This document shows, piece after piece, positions 24,680 to 36,660 of a stretch of 64,000 nucleotides of DNA. The stretch's first letter is position 1, and every line of letters starts with the position of its first letter. The position numbers were made by a program, and so were the translations under genes. The stretch is taken from NCBI RefSeq assembly GCF_963921235.1, contig NC_086108.1:88104001-88168000 (forward strand), in the 5' to 3' direction. The notes under the pieces are model-generated. The model was not told the DNA's origin, made no database searches, and saw only the letters and a list, made by a program, of their open reading frames with translations. Source of the DNA: Mobula hypostoma (lineage: Eukaryota).

Positions 24680-27135
24680 ATGTGAAGAATATCCTTCACC
24701 ATTCCCTCCAAACTTCCCCTTTCTGAGGCAGAACATTTTGTCCTCAACAAGCACCTTTCCTTTGTCCCCTTCGCCTGCACATCACTGAGTTCCACACCCG
24801 CCACAATGTCGAGCTCTTCTTCTGTTGCCTCCGTCTCCAAGCCTACTTCTTTGGCAAGGATTCCACACGCTGCACTGATGATGCCTTTTCCCCATCTTCA
24901 TCCCTCCTCCTCCTCTTGGATATTCTGCTCTGGATCTTTTCATCTCGAATTGCAGACGCTACATCAACCGTCTTGACTTCAGTACTCCTTCCTCCTCCTT
25001 GAACCTTGCCCCCTTTGGATCATTGTCCTCCACTCTCTGCACAGTCCTGAGCTTATCATGAAACCCACAGATAAAGGATGTATTGTTGTGCTACACTGAC
25101 CTCTACCCTGCTGAGGCCCGGTGGCAACTCTCAGACACCTCCTCATAACTACCCCTTGAAGAGGACCTCACTTTGTACCATCTGAAAACTGCCTCCAACA
25201 CTATCGCCGACCTCATCAACTCTGGAGAACTCCCAACCACTGCTACCAAACTCATAGTTCCCTTACTCCGCACTGCTCACTTCTACCTCCTACCCAAGAT
25301 CCATAAACCAGACTGTCTGGGTAGGCCCATTGTCTCTGCTTGCTCCTACACAACTGAAATCGTGTCTTCATACCTCGATTCCATTCTATCCCCCTTGGTT
25401 CAGTTCCTTCCCACCTACATCTGTGACACCTCTCATGCTCTTGATCTCCTCAGTAACTTTAAGTTCACTGAGCCTGACCACCAGATTTTCAGCATGGATG
25501 TTCAGTCTCTATACAGTTTTATCCCTCATCAGGAAGGCCTCAAAGTTCTCCGCTCCTTTCTTAACAAAAGAAACACCCAATTCCCCTCTGCCAACCCCGT
25601 CCTCTGTCTGGCGGAATTGACCCTCACCCTCAACTGTTTATCCTTTGGCCACTCCCACTTTCTCCAGACTAGAGGGGTGTCCATGGTCACCCACATTGTC
25701 CCAGCTATGCCTGCCTCCTTGTTGGCTATGTAGAACAGTCCATGTTCAAAGACCTTCGCGGTAGTACTCCCCAAATCTTCCTCCGCTACACTGACAACTG
25801 CACTGGACCTAAGGTCAAGTTTATCAACTTTGCCTCTAACGTCCATTCTGCCCTTAAATTCACTTGGTTAATTTCTGACAACTTTCTCCTCTTTCTCTAA
25901 CTTTCAGTCTCCATCTCTGGAGACAATCTGTCAACCAATATCTTTCATAAACCTACTGATTCTTACAGTTGTCCTCACTAGATCTTTTCCCCACCCTGTC
26001 TCCTGTAAAAATATTATTTCCTTTATTCTGTTCCTTCGCCTCAGCAGCATCTGTTCCCAGGCTGTGGCCTTACTTTTCAGGACATCAGAGATGTTCTCCT
26101 TCTTCAAAGGACGGTGTTTCCCTTCCTCCATTGATGCCGTCCTCATCTGCGTCTCCTCCACTTCCCAAGCATCCAGACTCACCCCATTATCCTGCAGCCT
26201 TAAAGATGATAAAGAGTTCTTGTGCTTATCTATCAATATATCATCTACAACTTCTACATCTCCATAGGGATCCTACCACTGAACATATCTTTACCTCCAC
26301 TGCCTCTCCGGTATCCATAGAGATCACTCCCTCTGTAATTCTCTTGTCGATTTGTCCCTCTCCACTAATTCTCCCCCCCCCCCCCCCCCCGGGCACTTAC
26401 CTCTGCAAGCATCCAAAGTGCCTCACCTGCCCTTTCACCTCTTCCTTGACCTCCATTCAGGGGCCCACGCAGCCCTTCCAGGTGAGGCAACACTTCACCT
26501 GCGTATCTGCTGGGGTTGTCTATTGTGTCTGGTGCTCCCAATGTGTTCCCCTCTACACTGGTGAGACCCGTCATAAATTGGAGGACTGCTCATCAAGCAC
26601 CTCTGCTCCATCTGCCAAAAGCAGAATTTCCTAGTGGCCAAACATTTTAATTCCGATTCCCATCCCCATTCTGACATGTCAGTCCATGGCCTCCTCTTGT
26701 GCCAAGATGAGGCCACCCTCAGGGTGAAGAAGCAACTGCTTATATTCCATCTGGGTAGCCTCATATGGCATGAATATTGATTTCTTGTTCCAGTAAAAAA
26801 AAATCCCTCCCCCTCCCTCCTCTTCTATTCTCCACTCCAGTCTTTTACCTCTTCTCACCTGCCTATCACTTAAGTCCCCTCCTCCTATCCTTTCTCCTAC
26901 GGTCCACTCTTCTCTCCTATTAGATTCTTTCTTCTCCACCCCTTTACCTTTCCCATCCACTTGGCTTCACCTATCACCTTCCAGCTAGCCTCCTACCCCT
27001 TCCCCTACCTTTTTACTCTGGTGTCTTCCCCCCTCCATTCCAGTCCTGAAGAATGCCGCTTGACCTGCTGAGTTATTCCAGAATTTTGAGTGTTTCTTTT
27101 GATTTCCAGCGTCTGCAGACTTTCTTGTATTTAAT
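24680..27135 (+). mobile_element. Near-full-length Penelope-like element (RT + GIY-YIG + pLTR), decayed
   Basis: FYLLPKIHKPDCLGRPIVS, MDVQSLY..IPH, QTRGVSM; CVSAGVVYCVWCSQC..LYTGETR; pLTR at 26790-27135. Confidence 0.92.
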
Positions 27136-27289
27136 ATGTCAGTGATATTAAATCTGATTCTGATGTTTTCTGACAATTTAACTTGCACTCTTGTTGATAG
27201 AAAGGCTTCCTCCTTAAGGCTGTGCGATGCATACAGCAGATATACATCTACAGACTTACCTGAACGAGCCTTCTGTTCCGGTAACATAG

Positions 27290-27703
27290 AATTCTCCAAC
27301 TTCCGGTAATTCCCTCCCCCTCCCTTCCTCTATTCCTATGACACTCTTCCCCCTCCCCCAGCTGCCTATCACCTCCCTCATGGTTCCGCCTCCTTCTACT
27401 ACCCATTGTGTTTTCCCCTATTCCTTCTTCACCTTTCCTGCCTGTCACCTCCCTGCTTCCACTCCCCCACCCCTTTATCTTTCCCCTTACTGGTTTTTCA
27501 CCTGGAACCTACCAGCCTTCTCCTTCCCACTCTCCCCCCACCCTCTTTACAGGGCCTCTGCCCCTTCCCTCTACAGACCTGACGAAGGATTCCGGCCCGA
27601 AACGTCGACTCATCGTTTCCATGGATGCTGCCTGACCTGCTGAGTTCCTCCAGCGTGCTGTGAGTGTTGCTTTGACCCCAGCATCTGCAGGTTATTTTGT
27701 GTT
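27290..27703 (+). mobile_element. PLE pseudo-LTR (same subfamily as 6218-6580)
   Basis: Close reverse complement of 6218-6580; contains CTGACGA...GAAAcGTC at 27574-27611. Confidence 0.85.
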
Positions 27704-29467
27704 TAGGAATATTTGACTGACCTATCTATAATATCCCTTCGAAAGAAGCATGGCTTCCTGGTTGAGGCTTACTTAGTATCTCACTGATGCCATTCCGAAA
27801 GGAACTGTCTGGTCCGTGCTCTGTTTATGTTTGTTGGAAAGTCTGTGACCCTCAGGTCACTAAGGCTATGACTGAACACACAGTTGGAGGAACACATCCT
27901 GTCCCATTGTCTACGGTCTCATTGTCTTTCAGTGTCACTGTGAATAAAGGACTGGACCTAAAAACTTAAGTCAACTTTGTTGATGTTTGTTCTATGCTAA
28001 AACAATGTAAAACCATTCTTACAGTGGAGTAAACATGAACTCGGAGGATCTTCTTCCAATTTATCTTGCCATCAGTCAGGCCCCTGGTAGTCCCTTCAAA
28101 CCATCTTCCGATTAACTTTTTCCTTTCCAATGCTAGTCATGACTGTTCCATTATATACTGCATTACCCACTCAGTCCTACATTTTACCCTCCCTCTGGCT
28201 CTGCTGTCACTCACATTGCCCTCAACCCTCCAGCCACTTCTTCTCCCTTCCAAAGTCGGTGGGGAAGAGTATACATTTTTCTTCCCTTCCTCTTCAAAGA
28301 AAAAAAGAATCAAAACTGCAGATGCTGGAATCATAAAAGAACAGAAAATGCTGGAGATACAGTACTCAGCAAGTCTGGCAGCACCAATGGAAGGAGACCC
28401 AGGGTTATCATTTCAACTTCAAAACCCATGTAAGACATTCTGACCTGAAACATTAACACTGGTTTGCTTTCCACAGAGGTTGCTTGACCTGTTTAGGTTA
28501 GTGATGACCATGCTGAATGGCAAAGCACCCTTGATGGGGTGATGGCCTGATCCTACTCCTATTTACATGCATTTCTCTTGTTTGTGCTTTGTTCTCATCT
28601 TGATTTCCAACATTTTCTGGTGTTTTTTGTTCTCTCTTTCCATTCTGCCCGGAATAAGATATCTATTGTGAGTTAGCTCTGGCCTAGTTACTTCTTTCTG
28701 CTTCTCTTTTGCCCTCTGTCACAGTTTGGGACAGCAAAAGATGCCTCATAATCAGTTTGCATCGACAGAAACAATCACGGAACTTGCCGGAGTCACTGGA
28801 TATTTGGCTTCAGGCTTCACATGTTTTGGAAGTACCAAACTGCGGACTCCACCTGAACTTCCACGAGCAGGGAATTTTAATTTCACACTTCCGATTCCTA
28901 GGTAAATCCTAGGGTTGGGGCCCATTTCCTGAGGGAGGACAGTAGTTGTGAAAGGGAGAGATTGATTTGGTGTTGGCTGAACGAGTATTCTGTTCACCCT
29001 CATCCCACACTCGTCCTAGGTACGTACATAGTTAGAGCTACAAGAGACTACGGATCCTTGAACCTGGAGCAAAAAGCGAACTGCTGGAGTAACTCAGTGA
29101 GTCGGGCAGCAGCCGTGGAGAAACCACCCCAGCTGAAGTGTCTTGACCTTGAGGGAGAGCCGGCATACCACTTCCCTCTGCAAATGGTGCCTGACCCACT
29201 GAGTTCCCCTATTAATTTGTTATTTGCACATTTACATGGGCTCCCAGTAGCCCCCTTTAAGAACCCCCTTACTTCAGGATAATTCAGGCAAACAATATGA
29301 AATGATGGTTTTTCAATGCTGTAGTGCAAAAAAGTTGGCTTTTCAATATGGGACCAACAAAAGTGACAAGAAAGAGCATAAAAGGTTGATCCTATGGATA
29401 TTCAAGGCCAGAGTGATAGGGAGTGGTCAGTGGAATAGGAGCCAATAAATTATGGTGAGAGAAGTCA

Positions 29468-30066
29468 TTATAGAAACACAGAAAAGCTACAGCACAATAC
29501 AGGCCCTTCAGCCCAAAAAGCTGTGCCGAACATGTCCTTACCTTAGAAATTAGGGCATTAAAGGTTATGGTGAGAAGGCGGGGGAATGGGACTAAATGGG
29601 AGAATGGATCAGCTCATGATAAAATGGCGGAGCAGACTCGATGGGCTGAATGGCCGATTTCTGCTCCTTTGTCTTATGGAAATTACCTAGGGTTAACCAT
29701 AGCCCTCTATTTTTCTAAGCTCCATGTACCGTTCCAGGAGTCTCTTAAAAGACCCTATCATTTCCGCCTCCACCACTGTCGCTGGTAGCCCATTCCATGC
29801 TCTCATCCCGCACTGCGTAAAAAAACTTACCCCTGACATCTCCTCTGTACCTACTTCCAAGCATCTTAAAACTGTATCCTCTCATGCTAGCCAATTCAGC
29901 CCTGGGGAAAAGCCTCTGACTATCCACACAATCAATGCCTCTGATTATCTTGTACACCTTTATCAGGAAACCTCTCATTCTCTGTCGCTCCAAGGAGAAA
30001 AGGCCGAGTTCAATCAACCTATTCTCATAAGGCATGCTCCCCAAACCAGGCAACATCCTTGTAAAT
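29468..30066 (-). mobile_element. CR1 3' fragment with nested plus-strand CR1 tail (29553-29678)
   Basis: MLPGLGSMPYENRLIELGLFSLERQRMRG; nested piece flanked by gaaatta at 29546-29552 and 29679-29685. Confidence 0.88.
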
Positions 30067-30555
30067 TATGACAGGAAGCAGAAGGATGAAGGGGTACATG
30101 AGACTTCAATAGCTATTATAGAACCATATAGCACAGAGATGTGCCCTTTTGACCCAGCTTGTTCATGCCAACTGTGATGCCTATCTACACTAATCCAATT
30201 TGCCTGCATTAGGCTCATATCCCCCTATCCTATCCAAATATCTTTTAAAGGTTGTAATTGTACCTGCCTCCCCCATCTCAACCAACAGCTCATTCCAGAT
30301 ATTCACCCTCATCTCTGTGTGAAAAACCTGCCTCTCAGATCTCTTTTAAATTTCTCCCCTATTACTTTAAACCCATGTCCTCTGGTTCTGGTCTCCCCTG
30401 CCCTGGGGTAAAGATTCCGCCTCTCAAAACTTTATAAGGCTACCCCTCGGTCACCTATCTAATTTAGAAGTCCCAACCACTTAAAACATTTGTAAGGGGA
30501 AAGTGAAATTCATTATGGTGTAAGAATAGCAGCAACTGGATGTGTAGACTCATAC

Positions 30556-30980
30556 AAGTCAAGTCACTTTTTATTGCCACTTCAACCTTAACTGCTGGTA
30601 CAGTACACAGTAAAAATGAGACAACGTTTTTCAGGACCATGGTGCTACAGGAAACAATACAAAAACTACACTGAACTATGTAAAACAACACAAAAACTAC
30701 TCTAGACTACAGACCTACCCAGGATTGCATAAAGTGGACAAAACAGTGCAGGCATTACAATAGATAATAAACAAGACAATAGGCACAGTAGAGGGCGGTA
30801 GGTTGGTGTCAGTCCAGGCTCTGGGTATTGAGGAGTCTGATGGCTTGGGGGAAGAAACTGTTACATAGTCTGGTTGTGACAGCCTGAATGCTTTGGTGCC
30901 TTTTGCCAGATAGTAGGAGGGAGAAGAGTTTGTATGAGGGGTGTGTGGGGTCCTTCATAATGCTGTTTGCTTTACGGATG
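30556..30980 (-). mobile_element. Rex1 3' fragment
   Basis: KANSIMKDPTHPSYKLFSLLLSGKR...RLCNSFFPQAIRLLN; tail aataaaaagtgacttgacttg. Confidence 0.85.
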
Positions 30981-31229
30981 CCCCTTTGGCCCAAATGGTC
31001 CATCCTGACCCTTCTAAGCTAGTCCCATTTGCCCACATTAGGCTCATATTCCTCTGAGCCTTAGCTATTCATGTAGCTCTCTGAGTACCTTTTAAATAGT
31101 CTCAATTTACTTACCTCCAACACTTCCCCTGGATCTCACTTGCCCAGAATTACCTGGAAACTGATTTTTTTGTTTGTTTTACATTTGGTAAGCTGTTGGC
31201 TGGGGAAGGAGGGTACCTGGCTGGTGTTG

Positions 31230-31530
31230 CAATACTTGTAAGTAGATTTGCTGCCCTACAGCTCTAGCAACCCAGATTCAATCCTGACCTTTGTTGCTGG
31301 CTGTGTTGAGTTTGACCTCTCTCCCTCCGGGTGCTCCAGTTTCCACCTATATTCCAAATACATGTGGATTGGTAGGTTAATTGGGAGATTGCCCCAAGTG
31401 AGTGAGAGTGTATGGGTAGAGTTGATGGGAATTTGGGAGAATAAAATGGGATTAATGTGGAATTAGTGTAGCTAGATATTTGATGGTCAGCACAGATTCA
31501 GTGGGTCAAGGGAGCTTTTTTTTAATGCTG
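31230..31530 (+). mobile_element. Decayed V-domain SINE
   Basis: gattcaatcctgacc, ctgtgttgagtttg, ctccgggtgctccagtttcc. Confidence 0.6.
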
Positions 31531-32169
31531 AGTGATTTGATATTTCTGGGATAAATCACATCTTTCAGATTTAAATAAGACATAAATAATGTGAGGGAAT
31601 AATGTGACTGTCAAAAAAGCCAGATAAGACCATAAGATATAGGAGCAGAATTAGGCCACTTGGCCCATCGAGTCTGCTTCACCATTTCATCATGTCTAAA
31701 TTTGGCATGGAATAGAAGGGCTGAAGGGCCTGTTTCTACACAGTAGTGCTCAATGATTCTAAAAAGGTTACCAAATTTAAGCATGAGACAATAGCAAAAC
31801 GGACACTTTAAACATTGATTTGGATTATATGGCAAAAATTGTGAACACTAATTACAAAGTGAAATGTATATTTCTTTTAGTTCTCAAAAATATTTGGCAA
31901 CCCACAATGGACCATATTCCTTTTAAATTTATCAGCATTCATCTGTGCACAAAGTGAAAACAATGTTCCATATTTAAAGTGCCACAGAGCTAACATCATT
32001 AGTCCTGTCAATACTTTATCAGGCAGACACTGCAGTGGGTGAAGTTCCAGGATCAAATTAAGGACACACAGTAAAAGAGCAGGATTAGACTATTCATCCC
32101 ATTAAATTTACTCCATGCAATTTGATGAACAAGATATTCATGTCATGTTGTTGGATGGCCTTAAAGTCT

Positions 32170-32430
32170 ATTGGTTGTAGGTAGAAGATGATGACACATC
32201 ACAATGGCAGTGAAGGCAGAAGAAGGCTTCAGCAGTGAAGAGTTGAGTCATCTTGCATTCCATGCCATTGAACCTTGACCTTGACACTGTCAAGGACCGT
32301 GTGATGGCCGGCCATACATCGGCCTCTCCACATTAAACAAAGTCACACACAGGTGTTCTCCGATAAGGGAATTGACCCAACTCCTTTGGAGAGCGTTATA
32401 CTCGACTCAAGTGCTCACACTGCTATACTC
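32170..32430 (+). mobile_element. 5'-truncated relative of the RTE-derived short element at 50733-51170
   Basis: agaagatgatgacacatcacaatggcagtgaagg and ttaaacaaagtc..cacagg.gttctcc match the reverse complement of 50840-51010. Confidence 0.7.
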
Positions 32431-33259
32431 ACATGAGACCGTAAGATATAGGAGAGGAATTCTGCCAGAGAGTCAGCTCTCTCATTCAATCAGACTGATT
32501 TTTTTTTCAAACCGCATTCTTCTACCTTCTCCCTATAACTCTTAATTATATTACCAGTCAAGAACTTATTAATCCCTGCCTTAAGTACATACAATGATTT
32601 TACCTCTACTACCCTTTGTGACAAAGAATTCCATGGATTCATCAGAATCAGAATCAGGTTTATTATCACCGGCATGTGTCATGAAATCTGTTAACTTATC
32701 TCTGGGTCCTCTCCTCCTTCCCTTTCTCCTATGGCCCACTCTCCTCTCCTACCAGATTCCTTCTTCTTCAGTCCTTTATCTTTCTAACCCGCCTGGTTGC
32801 ACCCATCATCTTCTAGCTATCTTCTTCCACACCCCCCACCTTTTTATTCTGGCATCTTCCCCCTTCCTTTCCAGTCCTGAAGGGTCTCAAGCTGAAATGC
32901 CAACTGTTTATTTATTTCCATAGATGCTGCCTGACCTGCAGAGTTCCTCCAATATTTTGTGTGTTACACTATATAATTGAGTTATTATCAAAATATCAAT
33001 ATAAGTAACTGAATAATGTGGAAGGAATTGCTCAGAGGCAGACACACAGAAATAGCATACTGTTGGACTATTATAGTGTGGTCTACAGTACTGAAGAACT
33101 TCACGGAAAAGTTTTGAAAAACATTTTTAACAAGTGTTTTGAGAGCTTTTGTATTCAAGCATTGCTGCAGATCAATTCATTGACATGGCTCAGAATATTC
33201 AGCAGATAACGTAACTCCCAAGACCTAAAAAGCAAAGTCTGAAAACCCTTTTGGGTGGT

Positions 33260-33985
33260 AGAACATAGAACATAACTGCACAGTATATGTCTGTCAGCCC
33301 ATGAAGTTGTGCCAAGCTTTTAAAGATCTATCTAATCCACATACCCCTCCATTTTTCTTTCATCCATTGCTAAGAGTCTTTTCAATGTCCCGAATATATC
33401 AGCCTCTACCATCACCCCTGGCAGCATGTACCATACACCTAGCATTCTCTGTGTAAAAAAAAAACCTACGCTTGAAATCGTTAGATTTATGCCCCCTCGT
33501 ATAAGCCATTTCTGCCCTGGGAGAAAGGCACTGGATGTCCACTCTATCTGTGCCTCTTATCATCTTGTACACCTCTATCATGTCACATCTCATCATCTTT
33601 CACTCCAGAAAGAAACCCTAGCTCGTTCAATGTACAAAAGATATCTGGTCTAATCCAGGCAGCATCCTAGTAAATTTCCCCTCTAAAGCTTCCACATCTT
33701 TCCTATGATGAGGCCACCAGAAATGAACACAATACTTCAAGTGTTGTCTAACCAGAGTTTTATAAAGCTGCAATATTACCTCATAGTTCTTGAACTCGAT
33801 CCTCTGACTGATGATGTGCCATATGAAGAGACCGTATCTCCTTAACCACTCAATCAACTTGAGATGCAATTTGGAAGGATCTTGGCTGTGGACCCCAAGA
33901 TCCCTCTGTTCCTCACACTGTTAATAATTCTGTCTTTAACCCTCTATTCTGCCTTCAAGTTCGACCTTCCAAACTGCTGTAATGC
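33260..33985 (-). mobile_element. CR1 3' fragment
   Basis: LQLYKTLVRQHLKYCVHFW, DMIEVYKMIRG. Confidence 0.85.
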
Positions 33986-34124
33986 CAGATGTGTGGAGGA
34001 CATGATGTAATATAGAATGTCAAATGGCTGGAATCGCCAACCCTTCAGCTTTGATGTAACCTTTGGAAATGTCAGCATCTTAAATAGGATACAAATGTTT
34101 TTATGATAACCTGATTCATTAATT

Positions 34125-35025
34125 TTTGTGTGGCACAAGAGGGGTCTATGGGCTCACATGTCGGAATGGGAATGGGAATTGGAATTAAAATGTTTGGACA
34201 CTGGGAAGTTCCACATTTGGTGAATGAGCAGAGGTGCAGAAGCGGTCCCCAATTTATGGCAGGTCTCACCAAAGTGGAGGAGGCCACACTGGGCACACTA
34301 GATGACCCCAGCAGATTTGCAGGTGAAGTTTGACCACACCTAGAAGGACTGTGTGGGGTACTGAACGGAGGTGAGGGAGAAGTGAATGGGCAGGTGTAGC
34401 ACTTTGGCCATTTGCAGGGATAAGTGAGAGGAACAAATGGACAAGGGAATCAGGGAGGGGGCAATCCTTGCGGAAAGCGGAGAGATGGGTGGAGATAAAG
34501 ATATGTCTGGTGGTAGGATCCCTTTGGAGCTGGCAGAAGTTGCAGAGAATCATGAGGCTTGTGGATGGTAGGTAATGGACAGGGGGAACTCTATTGCTGT
34601 TAAGGCAGCGGGAAGATGGAGTGCATGTGGATGTCCAAAAAGTGGAGAGATACGGTTTAGGGCAGCATCAATGGTGTTTGAAGGGAAATCCGGTCCTTTG
34701 TGGAAGGAGGACATTTCTCATGTCCTGGAAAGGAAAACCACACAGGAACAGATGCGGCAAAGATGAGAGAACTGAGAAAAAGGAACAACATTTTTATAGA
34801 AGTGGGAAGAGATATTGTCAAGATAATTGTGGGAACTGATAGATTTATAAAAAATGTTGGTCAACAGTTTGTCTTCAGAGATGGAGACAGAGAGATCAAG
34901 AAAGGGGAGAGAGGTGTCGGAAATGGACCAGGTGAATTTAAGGGCAGAGTGGAAAGTTGATGAAATTGACGAGTTTAGCACGGGTGCATGAAGCAGCACC
35001 AATGTAGCTGTCAATGTAGTGGTGT
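34125..35025 (-). mobile_element. Penelope-like element fragment
   Basis: FHSALKFTWSISDTSLPFLDLSVSI and GIY-YIG-region remnants. Confidence 0.85.
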
Positions 35026-35229
35026 TTCCAGCAAAATTCCGATTGCTTAGTTGTCAACAAGGAACATTTTTTTTTATTACTAATTGCTTCCTAATTTATT
35101 TTCTCTTAGTGGACCCTTTGGTCAGATTTGCTGTGAATGACCTTAATTAGCAGGCATACTCAATTAAGTTAGTGGTCAAAGCGTGCCAACGTTACTCCAG
35201 TGGTTTATGTACTTCAGGACAGACTTCAC

Positions 35230-36460
35230 ACAGCCAGATTAGGAAACAAAAATTGCCCGCGAGCACACTTCCTACTGTGCCTGCACCACTGAGTAGTCAC
35301 CTATAGAGGGGGCATCTCTCTGTGGTACAGTACCTGTGTTCTGGCCGTCTTTAAAAATATACTTTATAATTACTGAACTAACAGTTAAAATAAACAAAAC
35401 TCGCAGGCACAGCCTCCTATTTTGTTTTCTCTAGAAGAAATACTTCCTAATAACGTCCCTCTAAAACTTTGCACCTTCAGTTTTCCACAGCTATAATCTG
35501 GTAGACGACTGTGCGCGCAATAGCAGCTTTATGCAGACCTGTTGGAATATTTAATTTCCAAATAGCGCGAGTCTCGAACAAGAGACCCGACGGCTTTTAA
35601 CCCGTCCACCGGAACTTTAAAGCTAACCCGTCTTTACTTACAAAAAATACGATAAAATAATTTTGCTTGAAATACATCAAAAACATTGAAACTAATATTT
35701 TTACTCTTTGGAAGACTTACCCGTTATGTGAAAAGAAAGTGCCAACCTGTAGAGATGGAACAAAATCATTCTGCGTTGTAACATGCCGAAAGAATATCCA
35801 GGCGTTTTGAATCAAATCCTGATGGAAAAATCCTAGTGATTCCAGCAAAAATACCGTTTGCCGAGTTTTCCTCTCTCCGCCCGAGAACCTCGCCTTGAAG
35901 TAGTTACTTTAATTAAGACTAGTTAAAACGAGTCTCTTTTGGATTGATATCTCTAGCAATGAGATTTATTTCCATTTTGAGAGTTATTTTTTTCTTTGTC
36001 CCCTTTGCTTCTCTTCGCCGAAGTTTCTGAACTGAGAGCACAGAGAGGAAAAGCGTCACTTGTACTAATGAATCGGGGTGATTCACGAGAACAGGAGTTG
36101 TTATCACATTAGATCCGCCCGGAACATCACTGGAATACCCACTCCCCAACTCTACAATTGTTTCACAGCCAAAAAAACACTTCATTGCCCAGTCATTACT
36201 CAATTTTAATGTGACATCTATTTAAAATTACACATCAACCGGAATTATTGGTCTATTAATAACACCTCAATACAAGAAATTAAAGGCGGGATGTTGCGCT
36301 GGCCATAGAGCATTCCTTTTCCACATGGTTTTTAACTTGCCCATCCACAGCTGTAGGACATTATTTGAAAACCGGCTATCGCCGTCTCCCCGATACCATG
36401 GTACCCGGCAAAACACAAACACTTCGAACTGCATCAGGATTTTCACCTTATTACTCTTGA
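35230..36460 (-). promoter_or_regulatory. Putative TIE1 promoter / 5' UTR / start of intron 1
   Basis: Non-repetitive stretch with visibly more CpG (gcgcgc, tagcgcga, ccgccc, cgccg) than the flanks, surrounding exon 1; several ETS-type CCGGAA cores (about 35609, 36119, 36239). Confidence 0.55.
35721..35784 (-). CDS. TIE1: TIE1 exon 1 (start codon + signal peptide)
   Basis: Minus strand ggcATG at 35784 reads MLQRRMILFHLYRLALSFHIT+G, then donor GTAAGT (phase 1); joins in frame to exon 2 giving ...HITGAILDV, comparable to TIE1 ...VGAAVDL; lies in unique CpG-richer DNA. Confidence 0.8.
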
Positions 36461-36660
36461 ATAGCATTTAAGTAACATTGAATATAAGCAGGCTTTTCCC
36501 ACGGAGGTTGGGAGAGACTTGAACTAGATGTCATGGGTTAAGGGTGAAAGGTCAAATATTTAAAGGGAAAGTGAGGGTAATCTTTTTCACTCAGTGGATG
36601 CAGAGAGTGTGGAACCAGCTGCTAGTGGAGGTGGTTAATGTGAATTCGATTTCAACATTG

